Assembly (NCBI GenBank): GCA_040222015.1
Contig: JAVJWO010000178.1
Span: forward strand, 1 to 64,000
Direction: 5' to 3'
Length of the DNA: 64,000 nucleotides
DNA from: Coleofasciculus chthonoplastes F2-STO-03
GTDB taxonomy: Bacteria > Cyanobacteriota > Cyanobacteriia > Cyanobacteriales > Coleofasciculaceae
Part shown: positions 24,800 through 35,031 of the stretch, piece after piece
How positions within the stretch are numbered: the first letter of the stretch is position 1
How the letters are laid out: every line of letters begins with the position of its first letter
The notes under the pieces: generated by a model
Database searches by the model: none
What the model was told of the DNA's origin: nothing
The model's input: only the letters and a program-made list of their open reading frames with translations
Program-made: the position numbers and the translations under genes

Positions 24800-27457
24800 A
24801 TGTCCGAACAATTCCGTCTGTTGCAATCTCTGATTCCGGCAATCGCCAACGTTCCAGATCTTCACTCAGCATTGGATCTGGTGCTGCATCGTGTCTGTGA
24901 AGTGACCCATTGGGATTATGGTGAAGCATGGCTGCCGACGCCTAATTCTCACAGTTTAACCTGTAGCCAAGCCTGGTCTGGTGATCCCTCTCAACTACAA
25001 TCCTTTCGACACATACGAGAGACACTGACATTTTCTCCCAATATCGGCTTACCTGGACGGGTGTGGAAATCAAAACAACCAGAATGGATTGACCAAACCA
25101 AGGCAAATAGGATTGATCCGGATGCCGAATTCACTCGTCTTAGCGCGACGGATCAGCCGCAAGAGTTTCAAGCTGGAGGCGCTATCCCGATTCTCCTCGA
25201 TGATCGGGTACTCGCTGTTTTAACATTTTTTACCCGCCACTCTCATCCTGGCGATCGCCAATGGATGGAATGGGTGAGTGCGATCGCGATGCAGTTGGGG
25301 TTGGTGATGGAACGTCAACAGTTAACTGAACAATTGCACCAGCAAGAGGAATTTAATCAAAATTTAGTCGAAACCCACGGTGGCTTTTTTGTCGCCATTG
25401 ACCCCCAGGGAAAAACCCGGATGATGAATCCCAGATTACTGGAAACGTTGGGTTATACCCTGGATGAAGTGAGGGGAACAGATTTTGTGACCACGTTTCT
25501 TCGAGACGTTGACCGCAAACCCTTTGCCAAATTAATCAAAACCACTGATGAAAAATCAGAATTACAATCGCCCACTGTACATGAAACCGGAGTCCTGACC
25601 AAAGAGGGTAGAGAACTCTGGGTGGAATGGCGTAGCCAACAGGTTTTTAAGAAAAGCGGTGAACTTGACTTCTTTTTTGCCATCGGACGGGATCAAAACG
25701 AACATTGTCTCACCCATCAAGAAACAGCCCGTTTAGCCTCATTTCCCCTATTGACTCCCAATCCCATTGTCGAAATTGATTTAGCCGGACGGGTGCGTTA
25801 TCTCAACCCAGAAGCCATGCGCTTGTTGCCCGAATTATTAGAGAGTGAAGCTGAACATCCATTTTTGGCAGAAATGCCCTCGATGATTCGGTTGATGCAG
25901 CAGCAAAGTTCCTTGAGACGCGAGGTAAAAATTGGGGAAATTGTTTATGAACAAGTCCTGCATTACGTTCCCGAAATTGAGTGCATTCGCATTTATGCCT
26001 TAGATATTACCGATCGCAAACGGGCAGAAGAACTATTATTGTTTAATGCCTTTTATGATCGCCTCACCGGACTGGCGAACCGCGCCTTATTCATGGATCG
26101 CTTGCAGCAAGCCGGACGACGCGCCCAACCGAGTCAAGGGGAGAACCGGGATTCTCCATCCTATCGATTTGCCGTGGTGTTACTCAATCTCAATCGCTTC
26201 AAAGTGGTTAACGAAAGTTTGGGGAATCATTTGGGGGATCAATTACTGCAAGAGTTTGGACACCGCCTACAAAACTGCTTACGTCCCACGGATACCGTTG
26301 CCCGTTTGGGCGGGGATGAGTTTGCTATCCTGCTAGAGGGGATTCAGGGCGTTTGTGATGCCATTCAAGTGGCAGATGCGATCGAGCAAACTTTGACATT
26401 ACCGTTTAACCTGGAAGGGCGAGACGTGTTCATGACAGCCAGCATTGGCATTGCCCTAAATACGAATCGCGATCGCAGGATTTTATCGCCTGAAGATATA
26501 CTCCGTAACGCCAATACCGCCATGCATCGCGCCCGTTCCCAAGGCAAACCGGGCTATGCCATCTTTGATAACCAGATGTTGAGTCCCACGGTGGATCGAT
26601 TACAGCTAGAAACCGATATGCGGCGTGCGATCGAACGGCAAGAATTTCAGGTTCATTATCAACCGATCGTCTCCCTACTCACCCATCAAATTACCGGCTT
26701 TGAAGCGTTATTACGTTGGCAACATCCGCAGCGAGGGTTAGTCTTTCCGGCTGAGTTCATCCCCATCGCCGAAGAAACCGGATTAATTATTCCCATGGGT
26801 TGGTGGATACTGCGGGAAGCTTGTCGCCAACTTAGTATTTGGCAGCAGCAATTTCCCAGTCCTCAACCGTTGACGATGAATGTAAATTTGTCCTGTAAAC
26901 AGTTTACCCAACCGGATTTATTGGCGCAAATTGACCAAATTCTGGAGGAAACTAATATTGCGGTTGGTAGTTTAAAGTTGGAGATTACCGAAAGTGTGGT
27001 TATGGATAATCCCGAATTGGTCAAAGACTTACTTTTGGAGTTGAAGAAACGGCAAATTCACCTGTGCATTGACGACTTTGGGACGGGTTATTCTTCCTTA
27101 AGTCGCCTGCATCATTTTCCGATTAGTACGCTGAAAATCGATCGCTCCTTTATCAGTCGGATTGGGGCGTTAGGTGAAAACTCGGAAATTGTTCAAGCGA
27201 TTATCACTCTCGCCCGAACCATGAGTATGGATGTGGTGGCTGAGGGAATTGAGTTATTGGAACAAGTTTCGCCTTTAGTGGCGTTGCAATGTCATTATGG
27301 TCAAGGATTTTTATTCTCAAAACCCGTAGACAGTGATTGCGCTAGAGAATTACTTCAAGGAAAATCGGTTCAGTTAGAGCGTCAGTTTAGTCGTTCAGTG
27401 AGCGTTAAAAATGAAGTCAAAACTTCTGTATCTGTCGAGGATAATCTAGGACAATAA
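24800..27457 (+). CDS. GAF-PAS-GGDEF-EAL c-di-GMP signalling protein
   Basis: GLPGRVW (GAF), PAS, RLGGDEF, GFEALLRW, IDDFGTGYSSL. Confidence 0.93.
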   Translation: MSEQFRLLQSLIPAIANVPDLHSALDLVLHRVCEVTHWDYGEAWLPTPNSHSLTCSQAWSGDPSQLQSFRHIRETLTFSPNIGLPGRVWKSKQPEWIDQTKANRIDPDAEFTRLSATDQPQEFQAGGAIPILLDDRVLAVLTFFTRHSHPGDRQWMEWVSAIAMQLGLVMERQQLTEQLHQQEEFNQNLVETHGGFFVAIDPQGKTRMMNPRLLETLGYTLDEVRGTDFVTTFLRDVDRKPFAKLIKTTDEKSELQSPTVHETGVLTKEGRELWVEWRSQQVFKKSGELDFFFAIGRDQNEHCLTHQETARLASFPLLTPNPIVEIDLAGRVRYLNPEAMRLLPELLESEAEHPFLAEMPSMIRLMQQQSSLRREVKIGEIVYEQVLHYVPEIECIRIYALDITDRKRAEELLLFNAFYDRLTGLANRALFMDRLQQAGRRAQPSQGENRDSPSYRFAVVLLNLNRFKVVNESLGNHLGDQLLQEFGHRLQNCLRPTDTVARLGGDEFAILLEGIQGVCDAIQVADAIEQTLTLPFNLEGRDVFMTASIGIALNTNRDRRILSPEDILRNANTAMHRARSQGKPGYAIFDNQMLSPTVDRLQLETDMRRAIERQEFQVHYQPIVSLLTHQITGFEALLRWQHPQRGLVFPAEFIPIAEETGLIIPMGWWILREACRQLSIWQQQFPSPQPLTMNVNLSCKQFTQPDLLAQIDQILEETNIAVGSLKLEITESVVMDNPELVKDLLLELKKRQIHLCIDDFGTGYSSLSRLHHFPISTLKIDRSFISRIGALGENSEIVQAIITLARTMSMDVVAEGIELLEQVSPLVALQCHYGQGFLFSKPVDSDCARELLQGKSVQLERQFSRSVSVKNEVKTSVSVEDNLGQ

Positions 27458-27561
27458 TTTTGTCAACGTTTTCTGACATGAGCCGAAATTTTATGTCCGG
27501 AATTGTATTCGTTGTACATAGCAGATATAGGATGAGAGTGTAAGGCTCGATTTCTGACTCC

Positions 27562-27948
27562 ATGCTCCAAGCTAACTGGGACAAAAGCACATGGCAAAGC
27601 ATCAAAGGGAAAACCCCACTAATTGGGTTAGGCATAGTTCTACTCTCGCTGTTTTTTCCTTTGTTCCTGAGTGGAGTCGGATTGTTTCTTAGTCTCTGGG
27701 TGATTGTCCCAGCGCCTACGTTTTGGATGCTACCGCTAGCTGTGGCTGCGCCAGAAGCGAGTCCTTGGTTGCTGGGTGTGAATGCGATCGCACTAATACT
27801 AGCTATCTTAAATTTACATGAAGGCGGGCTTGACAATTTTGCCGTAATCTGTAGCTTGATTGGTTTAATCCTCAGCCTTTTGCCGTTAATTCACGCGATC
27901 GCACATCACTATCGGGTTCCACAGATGATGCGATCGCTTTCCTTGTGA
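27562..27948 (+). pseudogene. Hydrophobic N-terminal remnant of a probable membrane-anchored esterase/lipase
   Basis: LFLSLWVIVPAPTFWMLPLAVAAPEASPWL leader; the frame degenerates at the HIP1 site 27895. Confidence 0.55.
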
Positions 27949-28040
27949 AAGAGGGTTGGCATTGGTTTTTGGATCACACACCCATTGATGAATTCCCATG
28001 CTGGAGAAGATTCAATGATTGTGAGTTGAAACTCTTCTAC
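27945..28040 (-). pseudogene. Uma2 family N-terminal remnant
   Basis: Reverse translation VEEFQLTIIESSPAWEFINGCVIQKPMPTLFH parallels the N-terminus of Uma2 7707-8270 (EYIDGKIIQKPMP). Confidence 0.75.
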
Positions 28041-28147
28041 AACTTTACTCAGAGTAAAATTACTGTAGGGCATAATAATTATTCTAAATGTTAAAGAACT
28101 TATTTTCTAGAATTGGGGTCTGAATAATAAACTGAAAAAAAACAATT

Positions 28148-29137
28148 ATGAAACACCTTGAGGATAAAATCACAGTAGTCACAGGGGCAACGCGGGGTCT
28201 AGGCAAGGGAATTGCGATCGCGCTGGGTGAAGTTGGTGCGACAGTCTATATTACAGGACGTACCCTAGAGCGTTCAACCTCTGATGATGGTGTATCCGGG
28301 AGTCTCCAGGAAACCCAATTAGCCGTTGAGCAAGCCGGTGGCGTCTGCATTCCCATCCAAGTGGATCACAGTGACGATGAACAAGTGCGTTTGCTGTTTG
28401 AGCGTATCCAGGATGAACAGGGACAACTGGATCTGCTAGTTAATAATGCTTACGCCGGGGTACAAGCCTTAACAGACGCGGCGGGAAAGCCGTTCTGGGA
28501 GAGTGAACCGAGTTTGTGGGATGCTTGCAATAATGTGGGGCTGCGGAGCCACTATGTTGCCAGTATTTTTGCCGCCCGGATGATGACCCCCCATCAGCAA
28601 GGACTTATCTGTACCATCTCCTCTTGGGGTAGTCTATCCTATATTTTTAGTCCTCCCTACGGTGCAGGTAAATCAGCGTGCGATCGCCTAGTCGCAGATA
28701 TGGCGATTGAACTTAAACCCCAGAACATTGCATCCCTGTCAATTTGGCCCGGAATTGTGGGTACGGAAAAGTTTACTCAGTTTGCCGCCAATATGGATGA
28801 ACGTGCGGCGGCTGAACCGAAAAACTCAGCCATCAAAGAGAAGTACAACTGGGAAACACCCTTACTCACCGGACGGGTGATTGCCGCCCTAACCGCAGAT
28901 TCCACGGTGATGCGGCGAAGCGGGCGGGTGCAGATTGTGGCGGAGTTGGCTAACCATTACGGATTAGTAGACAAAAACGGGGAACGTTCTGTATCGTTAC
29001 GATCGCTGCGTTTCCTGCTTCCTCTAGTTTTTCCCGCCCTGAGAAAATACCCCTGGCTGGTGCCTAATATTAATGTACCTTGGTCACTGCTACTGCTAAA
29101 ATCACTCAGCTCACCGAAAATAGGAGCTGCTGAATAA
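28148..29137 (+). CDS. SDR family oxidoreductase (DHRS1-like)
   Basis: TGATRGLGKG, LVNNA, YGAGK. Confidence 0.9.
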   Translation: MKHLEDKITVVTGATRGLGKGIAIALGEVGATVYITGRTLERSTSDDGVSGSLQETQLAVEQAGGVCIPIQVDHSDDEQVRLLFERIQDEQGQLDLLVNNAYAGVQALTDAAGKPFWESEPSLWDACNNVGLRSHYVASIFAARMMTPHQQGLICTISSWGSLSYIFSPPYGAGKSACDRLVADMAIELKPQNIASLSIWPGIVGTEKFTQFAANMDERAAAEPKNSAIKEKYNWETPLLTGRVIAALTADSTVMRRSGRVQIVAELANHYGLVDKNGERSVSLRSLRFLLPLVFPALRKYPWLVPNINVPWSLLLLKSLSSPKIGAAE

Positions 29138-29275
29138 GTGTTGTGGTGGGGGGAGCTGGGGAAGCAATGTAGAGACTCCTCATGCTACGTCTGGTAGCTG
29201 GGGTAGCAAATGACAAATGACAAATGACAAATGACGATCCCCACCGTTAACTTTAATTGTTCCCACAATAAACAG

Positions 29276-30097
29276 ATGACCCAGCTACGTTCAGCCGTTG
29301 TCCTGATTACCGGTGCCGCCGGTGGTTTTGGACAGGAATTAACCCGACAGTTATTGATGGCGGGTAGCCGATTAATTTTAACGGATTTGGATAAACCCGC
29401 GCTATATCAACGGGCGGCGGATATTCAGCGTCAAGTCGCCACGGGGGAGGTACTGGCTTGCTTCGAGACTGATTTGTCGTCTGGCGAGGGCTGTGAAGCG
29501 CTGTATCATCAGGTAAAAGCCCTAGATATCCCGATTGACATTTTGATTAATAATGCTGGAATTGCTGTTTTTGGTCGGATGGACGAGGTTCCAGCACCGG
29601 AATGGGAACGGTTAATGCAGGTGAACTTAATCACACCGATGCGTTTAAGTTCCTTATTTGTGGCGGATATGATTGCGCGTCAAAAAGGGCATATTGTGAA
29701 TATTTCATCCGTCGCGGGTTGGTTTGCACCCGCAGGATTGACCCATTATTCTGCCAGTAAATATGGGTTACGAGGATTTAGTGAAGGGCTGTTCAATGAA
29801 GTCAAGGACTACAATGTTAAGGTGACAGCCGTTTATCCCTTTTTTAGCCGTACCCCCATTCTGCAAGCAAAACGGTATGGCACAATTGCTGAGGGACATC
29901 AAGGTGTGCCTGAATCCTGGGCAACTGATCCCGCGAAGGTGATGGCGGCGACGATTCAAGGCATTCAGCGAGATCAACTGCACGTATTCCCGGATGCGAT
30001 CGCGCAAAATGTCCAGCGTTTCAAACGATATACTCCTGGCTTATTAGACTGGATTAGTAATGAGTTTGCCAAGAGATTAAACCGTGGTGCAAGTTAG
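29276..30097 (+). CDS. SDR family oxidoreductase
   Basis: TGAAGGFG, NNAG, YSASK. ATG 29276 is preferred because the track start lies in an STRR repeat. Confidence 0.9.
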   Translation: MTQLRSAVVLITGAAGGFGQELTRQLLMAGSRLILTDLDKPALYQRAADIQRQVATGEVLACFETDLSSGEGCEALYHQVKALDIPIDILINNAGIAVFGRMDEVPAPEWERLMQVNLITPMRLSSLFVADMIARQKGHIVNISSVAGWFAPAGLTHYSASKYGLRGFSEGLFNEVKDYNVKVTAVYPFFSRTPILQAKRYGTIAEGHQGVPESWATDPAKVMAATIQGIQRDQLHVFPDAIAQNVQRFKRYTPGLLDWISNEFAKRLNRGAS

Positions 30098-31427
30098 TCG
30101 TTCTCGCCCAAGAGTACAGCAGGGTAATACCAGTCACAAGCAGTTGATTATCGGCGCAGGGTTTGTGGGATTGGGTATGGCTCAAGCCCTGAAAGCAGAG
30201 GGTATTGTCTATGATCAGGTGGATGGCAGTGATGATATCGGTGGCAATTGGTATCACGGGGTTTATGAAACTGCCCATATTATTTCATCCCGAACCATTA
30301 CCCAATTTACTCATTTTCCCATGCCCGATGATTATCCCGATTTCCCCAGCGCTCAACATATCCGGGATTATCTGAATCGTTTTGCCGATCATTTTCAGTT
30401 ACGAGAGCCGATTGAACTTAATCGTACTGTTGAGTATGTTCGACCCATTGAAAATAACCTCTGGGAAGTGACCTTTGCCAATGGGGAACAACGGATTTAC
30501 AAAGGCGTATTACTGTGTAACGGACATCACTGGTGCAAACGGTTTCCGGAATTTGAGGGAGAATTTCACGGGGAGATTATTCATTCTAAAGATTACAAAA
30601 AACCGGATCAACTACGCAGGAAACGGGTGCTAGTAATTGGCGGTGGAAATTCAGCCTGTGATATTGCCGCCGAAGCTGCACGGGTAAGCTGTAAGAGTGT
30701 CTTAAGTATGCGTGAATCCGTTTGGTTTATTCCCAAAACGTTTATGGGAGTGCCAACGGCTGATCTCCTGCGATGGTGGATGCCAGAATGGTTACAACGG
30801 CTGATGGCTTATGGCATTATTAGGCTGACTTTTGGAACTCATCAAGACTATGGTTTATCTCAACCGAACCATCGCATTTTTGAGAAACACCCCACATTAA
30901 ATAATGAAGTGCCGTACTATATTAAACATGGTCGAATTATTGGCAAGCCTGGGGTGAGTCGGCTTCAGGGGAAAAAGGTCGAGTTTGTCGATGGGAGTGA
31001 GCAAGAATTTGATTTAATTGTTTGTGCTACTGGCTATCATGTTGCCTACCCCTTCTTACCGGAGGAACTTCAGCGCGTTGCCGGATCTGTGGTTAAATGT
31101 TATGCTAGCTCGTTTATTGAGGATTACAAGGGACTCTATTACATTGGGTGGGGACAAGCGCGGGGCGGAGTTGGCTCATTGATGTCGGCTTACGGTCCCT
31201 ATTTTACCCGTTGTCTGCAACTTCAGGATGAAATCAATGTGCCGCTAGGGTTGGTGTTTAAAGAAATGGGACAACAGCTACCGACGACTCATTTGTCTGA
31301 TCCGCAGCAGATTTTTAGGCAGTTAAAACTGGCTCATTTTTTCTTTACCTGGATTGCTAAAAGAGCTGATCAAGTTGATGCCAAGTATCCTAACTTTGAG
31401 AACCGTCCACTCCCGGCTAAACATTGA
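30084..31427 (+). CDS. Flavin-containing monooxygenase
   Basis: IIGAGFVG, GGNW, FHGEIIHSKDY (FMO motif), GGGNSACD, ATGY. Confidence 0.9.
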   Translation: MVQVSRSRPRVQQGNTSHKQLIIGAGFVGLGMAQALKAEGIVYDQVDGSDDIGGNWYHGVYETAHIISSRTITQFTHFPMPDDYPDFPSAQHIRDYLNRFADHFQLREPIELNRTVEYVRPIENNLWEVTFANGEQRIYKGVLLCNGHHWCKRFPEFEGEFHGEIIHSKDYKKPDQLRRKRVLVIGGGNSACDIAAEAARVSCKSVLSMRESVWFIPKTFMGVPTADLLRWWMPEWLQRLMAYGIIRLTFGTHQDYGLSQPNHRIFEKHPTLNNEVPYYIKHGRIIGKPGVSRLQGKKVEFVDGSEQEFDLIVCATGYHVAYPFLPEELQRVAGSVVKCYASSFIEDYKGLYYIGWGQARGGVGSLMSAYGPYFTRCLQLQDEINVPLGLVFKEMGQQLPTTHLSDPQQIFRQLKLAHFFFTWIAKRADQVDAKYPNFENRPLPAKH

Positions 31428-31779
31428 CCGAATAAAGGGAGATGTTTCCCAAGGATTTATCCCCAATTGTAGGGGCAAATTTAGCCAAATTGTAGGGGCG
31501 GGTTTAGGGATTAAATTCAGCTATTCAGAAATAAATGAACAACAAAACCCGCCCTGATTAAGTTATCACTGGAAATAGAAAGGTAGCCAGTAGGGTTGGT
31601 TAGCGTAGCGTAACACACCATTACCGCTATAGATGGTGTAGCTGCGTCAGTTGTAGGTTGGGTTTCCTTGCGTCAACCCAACAGAATCTAGGGGAGAACA
31701 AGCGTACTAAAAGAACAGCTTACCCCATAGTCAAAAAAGGGAAAGCAACACACAAAAAACGCAATCAGTCAATGCAAGT

Positions 31780-32194
31780 TTATGGTGGTGGATGACGACC
31801 CAGTAATTCCTCTTGTGTCCTAATCGCCAACATTGTTGCTCGATTCAAATCAAGTGCTTGTACCGTTGCTCGACCTGTAGCTGTCAACCCAACAATTTGC
31901 ACACCGTTCCAATCAAAGTGTTCTTTCCATACCTGTCGGCGAGGATTAAAAATGGAGACAACTTCACCCGTTCCCGAGTCCTCAAGCTTTTGCCGTGCCC
32001 CTTTGCGAAGTGAGCAGGAGACACAAGCAAGAGCCAAGTTTTCAGCAATTGTCTCGCCACCCGCTACGACAGGAACAATGTGGTCGATATGGAAAGTAGC
32101 TACTTGACCAATTTGTGATATACCGCAATATTCGAGGGCGGTTCTCTGCTCTTTGAATGACTAATCGGCGGAGGGAAGCTGGAATTGTTGCCAT
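31780..32194 (-). pseudogene. HNH endonuclease, frameshifted
   Basis: MATIPASLRRLVIQRAENR, then a +1 frameshift near 32135, then EYCG..FHIDHIVP..GG....NLALACVSC. Confidence 0.85.
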
Positions 32195-32340
32195 CTATGC
32201 TTGCTTCATCACCCGTGTTGATCGCAAACGCAGTAGAGATAAAAATTCCACTAACCACCTCCATCCCATCACTCAATCATTGCTTTTAAGCTTAGTTTTT
32301 GGTGCTACAGGGGCAGTCGCAACCAAGGGAATCATTGCTC

Positions 32341-32583
32341 TCATTCAAAATCGAGGTGTAATTGCAGGGCGTTTAACTCAGTTAATTCCAGGCGGTAGTA
32401 ATAAGACAGCCAAATTACCTGGGTTAAATCCTCTTGGTCAGCTTCGGGGTGTTGGGGTGGTTTTTCGGCAGTTGCCTCGCTATCCTGTCTCTGTTGCTGA
32501 TTGCCATTATCAACATGAGTATTTGTTTTCTCAGGAGTGGCGGTGGTGTTTTCTGTCAAGAAATGTTCACAACGATTGGTCAA
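32341..32583 (-). CDS. Possible small hypothetical protein
   Basis: 80-aa ORF with a low-complexity N-half; no recognised motif. Confidence 0.35.
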   Translation of the reverse strand: MTNRCEHFLTENTTATPEKTNTHVDNGNQQQRQDSEATAEKPPQHPEADQEDLTQVIWLSYYYRLELTELNALQLHLDFE

Positions 32584-32654
32584 TATCCAGGTTTTGGATT
32601 AATAATAGGAGTTTTAATAGACAGAAAATTTCAAAAAGCTGGGAGCAGCCTAAA

Positions 32655-32882
32655 ATGAGCGATCGCCTGAATTTTTTATATCCTCGTTGTCGCTACTATG
32701 GTCAGATGAAACCGCACTATCTGGTCTTTAATGCCAATTTGCAAGAATTTGCCCAGCGAGTAACAACTATCTGCAACCTACAAACCTCCGGAAAATTGCC
32801 TCCGGAACAGGCTTATGAGCAAATTCAAGACCTTTGGCAGCAGTTACAAGAATCGGGTCAGCATCTTCTGGATAGTGATTAA
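32655..32882 (+). CDS. Conserved cyanobacterial small protein (DUF7219-like)
   Basis: FLYPR.RYYG..KP..LVFNANLQEFAQRV..ICNL.T.GK. The true start is ATG 32655 within track ORF 32157-32882. Confidence 0.85.
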   Translation: MSDRLNFLYPRCRYYGQMKPHYLVFNANLQEFAQRVTTICNLQTSGKLPPEQAYEQIQDLWQQLQESGQHLLDSD

Positions 32883-33333
32883 ACGCTGAATAATCGATTA
32901 AGAATTAAGCCCTGAACTAAAGTACTCAAAGAGAAGCCGATCCGCGTCTACGGGCTAAAAGCTTGCGTCCCGTTAAAACGGGTTCAAAAACTTACCCAGT
33001 AAGCTCGATTCTTACTTGAGCGTTGGTTCCGGAAATTTATTTCCTGGCGTCGTCACCCCTTCCGGAGGGAAGCTTACTGCCACTTTTTTTACTAGCAAAA
33101 ATTCCCTGCAAAGCAGTGATATACATCAATAATTTTGAGTGATGTGACAACGGAAACTAAAAATTATACGATCAGTTAGTCGCCATGAAAAGCTTATTCG
33201 CCGGCTCAAGACAAATGTAAACAAAAATTACGTCGATTTAGCATGAAAAATTCGGCAATCTGGCGTAGGTCTAAATAGCCTTCTTACCTACACAATAAAG
33301 AGAGGAATAATCCAGCGTAATAGACAGAACACA

Positions 33334-33747
33334 ATGCAAACCACGCCTTTAACAAAAAACCATAAAACACGGATATTGCTGGCGGAAGACAATCGGGTGA
33401 ATCAGAAGTTTGCCCTACTTTTGCTCAAGAAACTGGGCTATCAGACTGATGTCGTGAGTAACGGTGCAGAGGCATTACAGGCTTTGCAGAGTCAGTCTTA
33501 TGATGTCGTGTTTATGGATGTGGAAATGCCAGAAATGGATGGTTTAACCGCGACGCGCCAGATATGTGAGCAGTGGGCTGCTGGCGAACGCCCCCGGATT
33601 ATTGCGCTGACGGCTTATGCTCGGCGGGGGGATCGAGAACAGTGCTTGGCGGCGGGGATGGATGATTATATGACGAAACCGATTGAGTTGCCAAAACTGG
33701 TTCAGGCGTTGCAGAAGGTATCGGATAGTCATCAGGGGTTAACCTGA
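33334..33747 (+). CDS. Stand-alone response regulator receiver domain
   Basis: ILLAEDN, VFMDVEMPEMDG, ALTA, MTKP. Confidence 0.9.
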   Translation: MQTTPLTKNHKTRILLAEDNRVNQKFALLLLKKLGYQTDVVSNGAEALQALQSQSYDVVFMDVEMPEMDGLTATRQICEQWAAGERPRIIALTAYARRGDREQCLAAGMDDYMTKPIELPKLVQALQKVSDSHQGLT

Positions 33748-34068
33748 AGTTCCCCCAAGCAAAAAATCTTGCACTGCCTCACCGTGCGGCTTGGCGCGAT
33801 TTTTTAGACGTTCGGCGAGACGTTCGGCGAGCGCTCAGTCGAGTCGTCGAGCCGCCGCCGTACTTATGTACAATCGCGCTCAACCTTGATGTAGCGGGTG
33901 TTTTCACCGATAAGATTGTCTATTGCCTTGCATAGCGCGATCGCGCTTTTCATGAACACAAATTGAACATAGCATAGACGCGATCGCTAACATTGAGTAT
34001 TTTGCCGATAATTTAGGCTGAGAGTTCACCTTGTTCGGTGTAGAGGCGGATTCTGGTTGTAGTACAAC

Positions 34069-34572
34069 TCAAGCCGCGCCAAACTCTTCTTGCAACGCTT
34101 CATCATTATCATCAGCAATAGTGGCAACAATGGTAATCGCCCGAGAAATTTCTCCCGGCGATAGTTCAGCCACCGTGCGTGACGATAACACCACCACTTG
34201 ATCATCCACAATCCCAAAACGGGATTCAAAGGTATCTGACCAGTTCATTTCCAGAAGCCTACGCATCAATTCGGCTTCTTTTTCTGCCGGGAGGTTCAGC
34301 ACCGAAGACCAAACAGTGAATGTATCCTCGTCTGTAGAACCCGTTAACTGGACAAAGACTTCTACGCTACCATACTTAAACTTCCATAGATAGCCTTCAT
34401 CGTTATGGCTAACCATAGCGCTGTCATCTTGCTCCAGGCTAGAGATGACTGTTTCGATGGTTTCTACATAGTTGACGGTAGTCTTGTCTTGGATAAACTC
34501 CGTGGAAACAATCTCCTCCGTTGACAAGCCTTCAGTAGACACCGTTTCTGAACTTGATTTTTTAGTGGACAT
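34069..34572 (-). CDS. YbjN domain (type III chaperone-like) protein
   Basis: WKFKYGSVEVFVQLTG, LLEMNW..TFESRF, IADDNDE. ATG 34572. Confidence 0.8.
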   Translation of the reverse strand: MSTKKSSSETVSTEGLSTEEIVSTEFIQDKTTVNYVETIETVISSLEQDDSAMVSHNDEGYLWKFKYGSVEVFVQLTGSTDEDTFTVWSSVLNLPAEKEAELMRRLLEMNWSDTFESRFGIVDDQVVVLSSRTVAELSPGEISRAITIVATIADDNDEALQEEFGAA

Positions 34573-34874
34573 AAACGTTTCTCTATAGCAATTGACAATT
34601 TTACATAACACAAAGGCATGGTATTTACAATGGATACGTCCTGTAGCTTACTGGGAACATGGCAAGCATTATCAGCGATGCACCTAACTTTAACCAATGA
34701 TGGAAGAAAAGGGAAGGCAGTAAGTCCCACACCATAATCGCCAGATTTGCCGTTTTTGATACTTGGGAGTACCCCCCAAGCTTATTTTATCCGTTAACCC
34801 CGATTACTTACCCGCAAAGACCCAGAACCCCGACTTCTTCAAGAAGTCGGGTTCTTACTTAGGGTTCTCAACTC

Positions 34875-35005
34875 TAAGTAGGTTGGTGGAAATAAACTTA
34901 ACTAGATTAAGTTATGTAAACAAGTCTCAAACCCTTACTGTTCCCTGTTCCCTGTTAAGAGTTCCCTAATCTCCACCGCTAACTTTAATTGCGTCCACCT
35001 ACTTA
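34875..35005. mobile_element. MITE with TAAGTAGGT...ACCTACTTA terminal inverted repeats
   Basis: About 22-bp imperfect TIRs with internal TGTTCCC heptamers. Confidence 0.7.
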
Positions 35006-35031
35006 GAGAGCGAATTCCTTTGAAAATGTGC

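Noticed and set aside
32157..32654. N-terminal extension of track ORF 32157-32882
   Set aside because: It overlaps minus-strand remnants; the conserved protein starts at ATG 32655.
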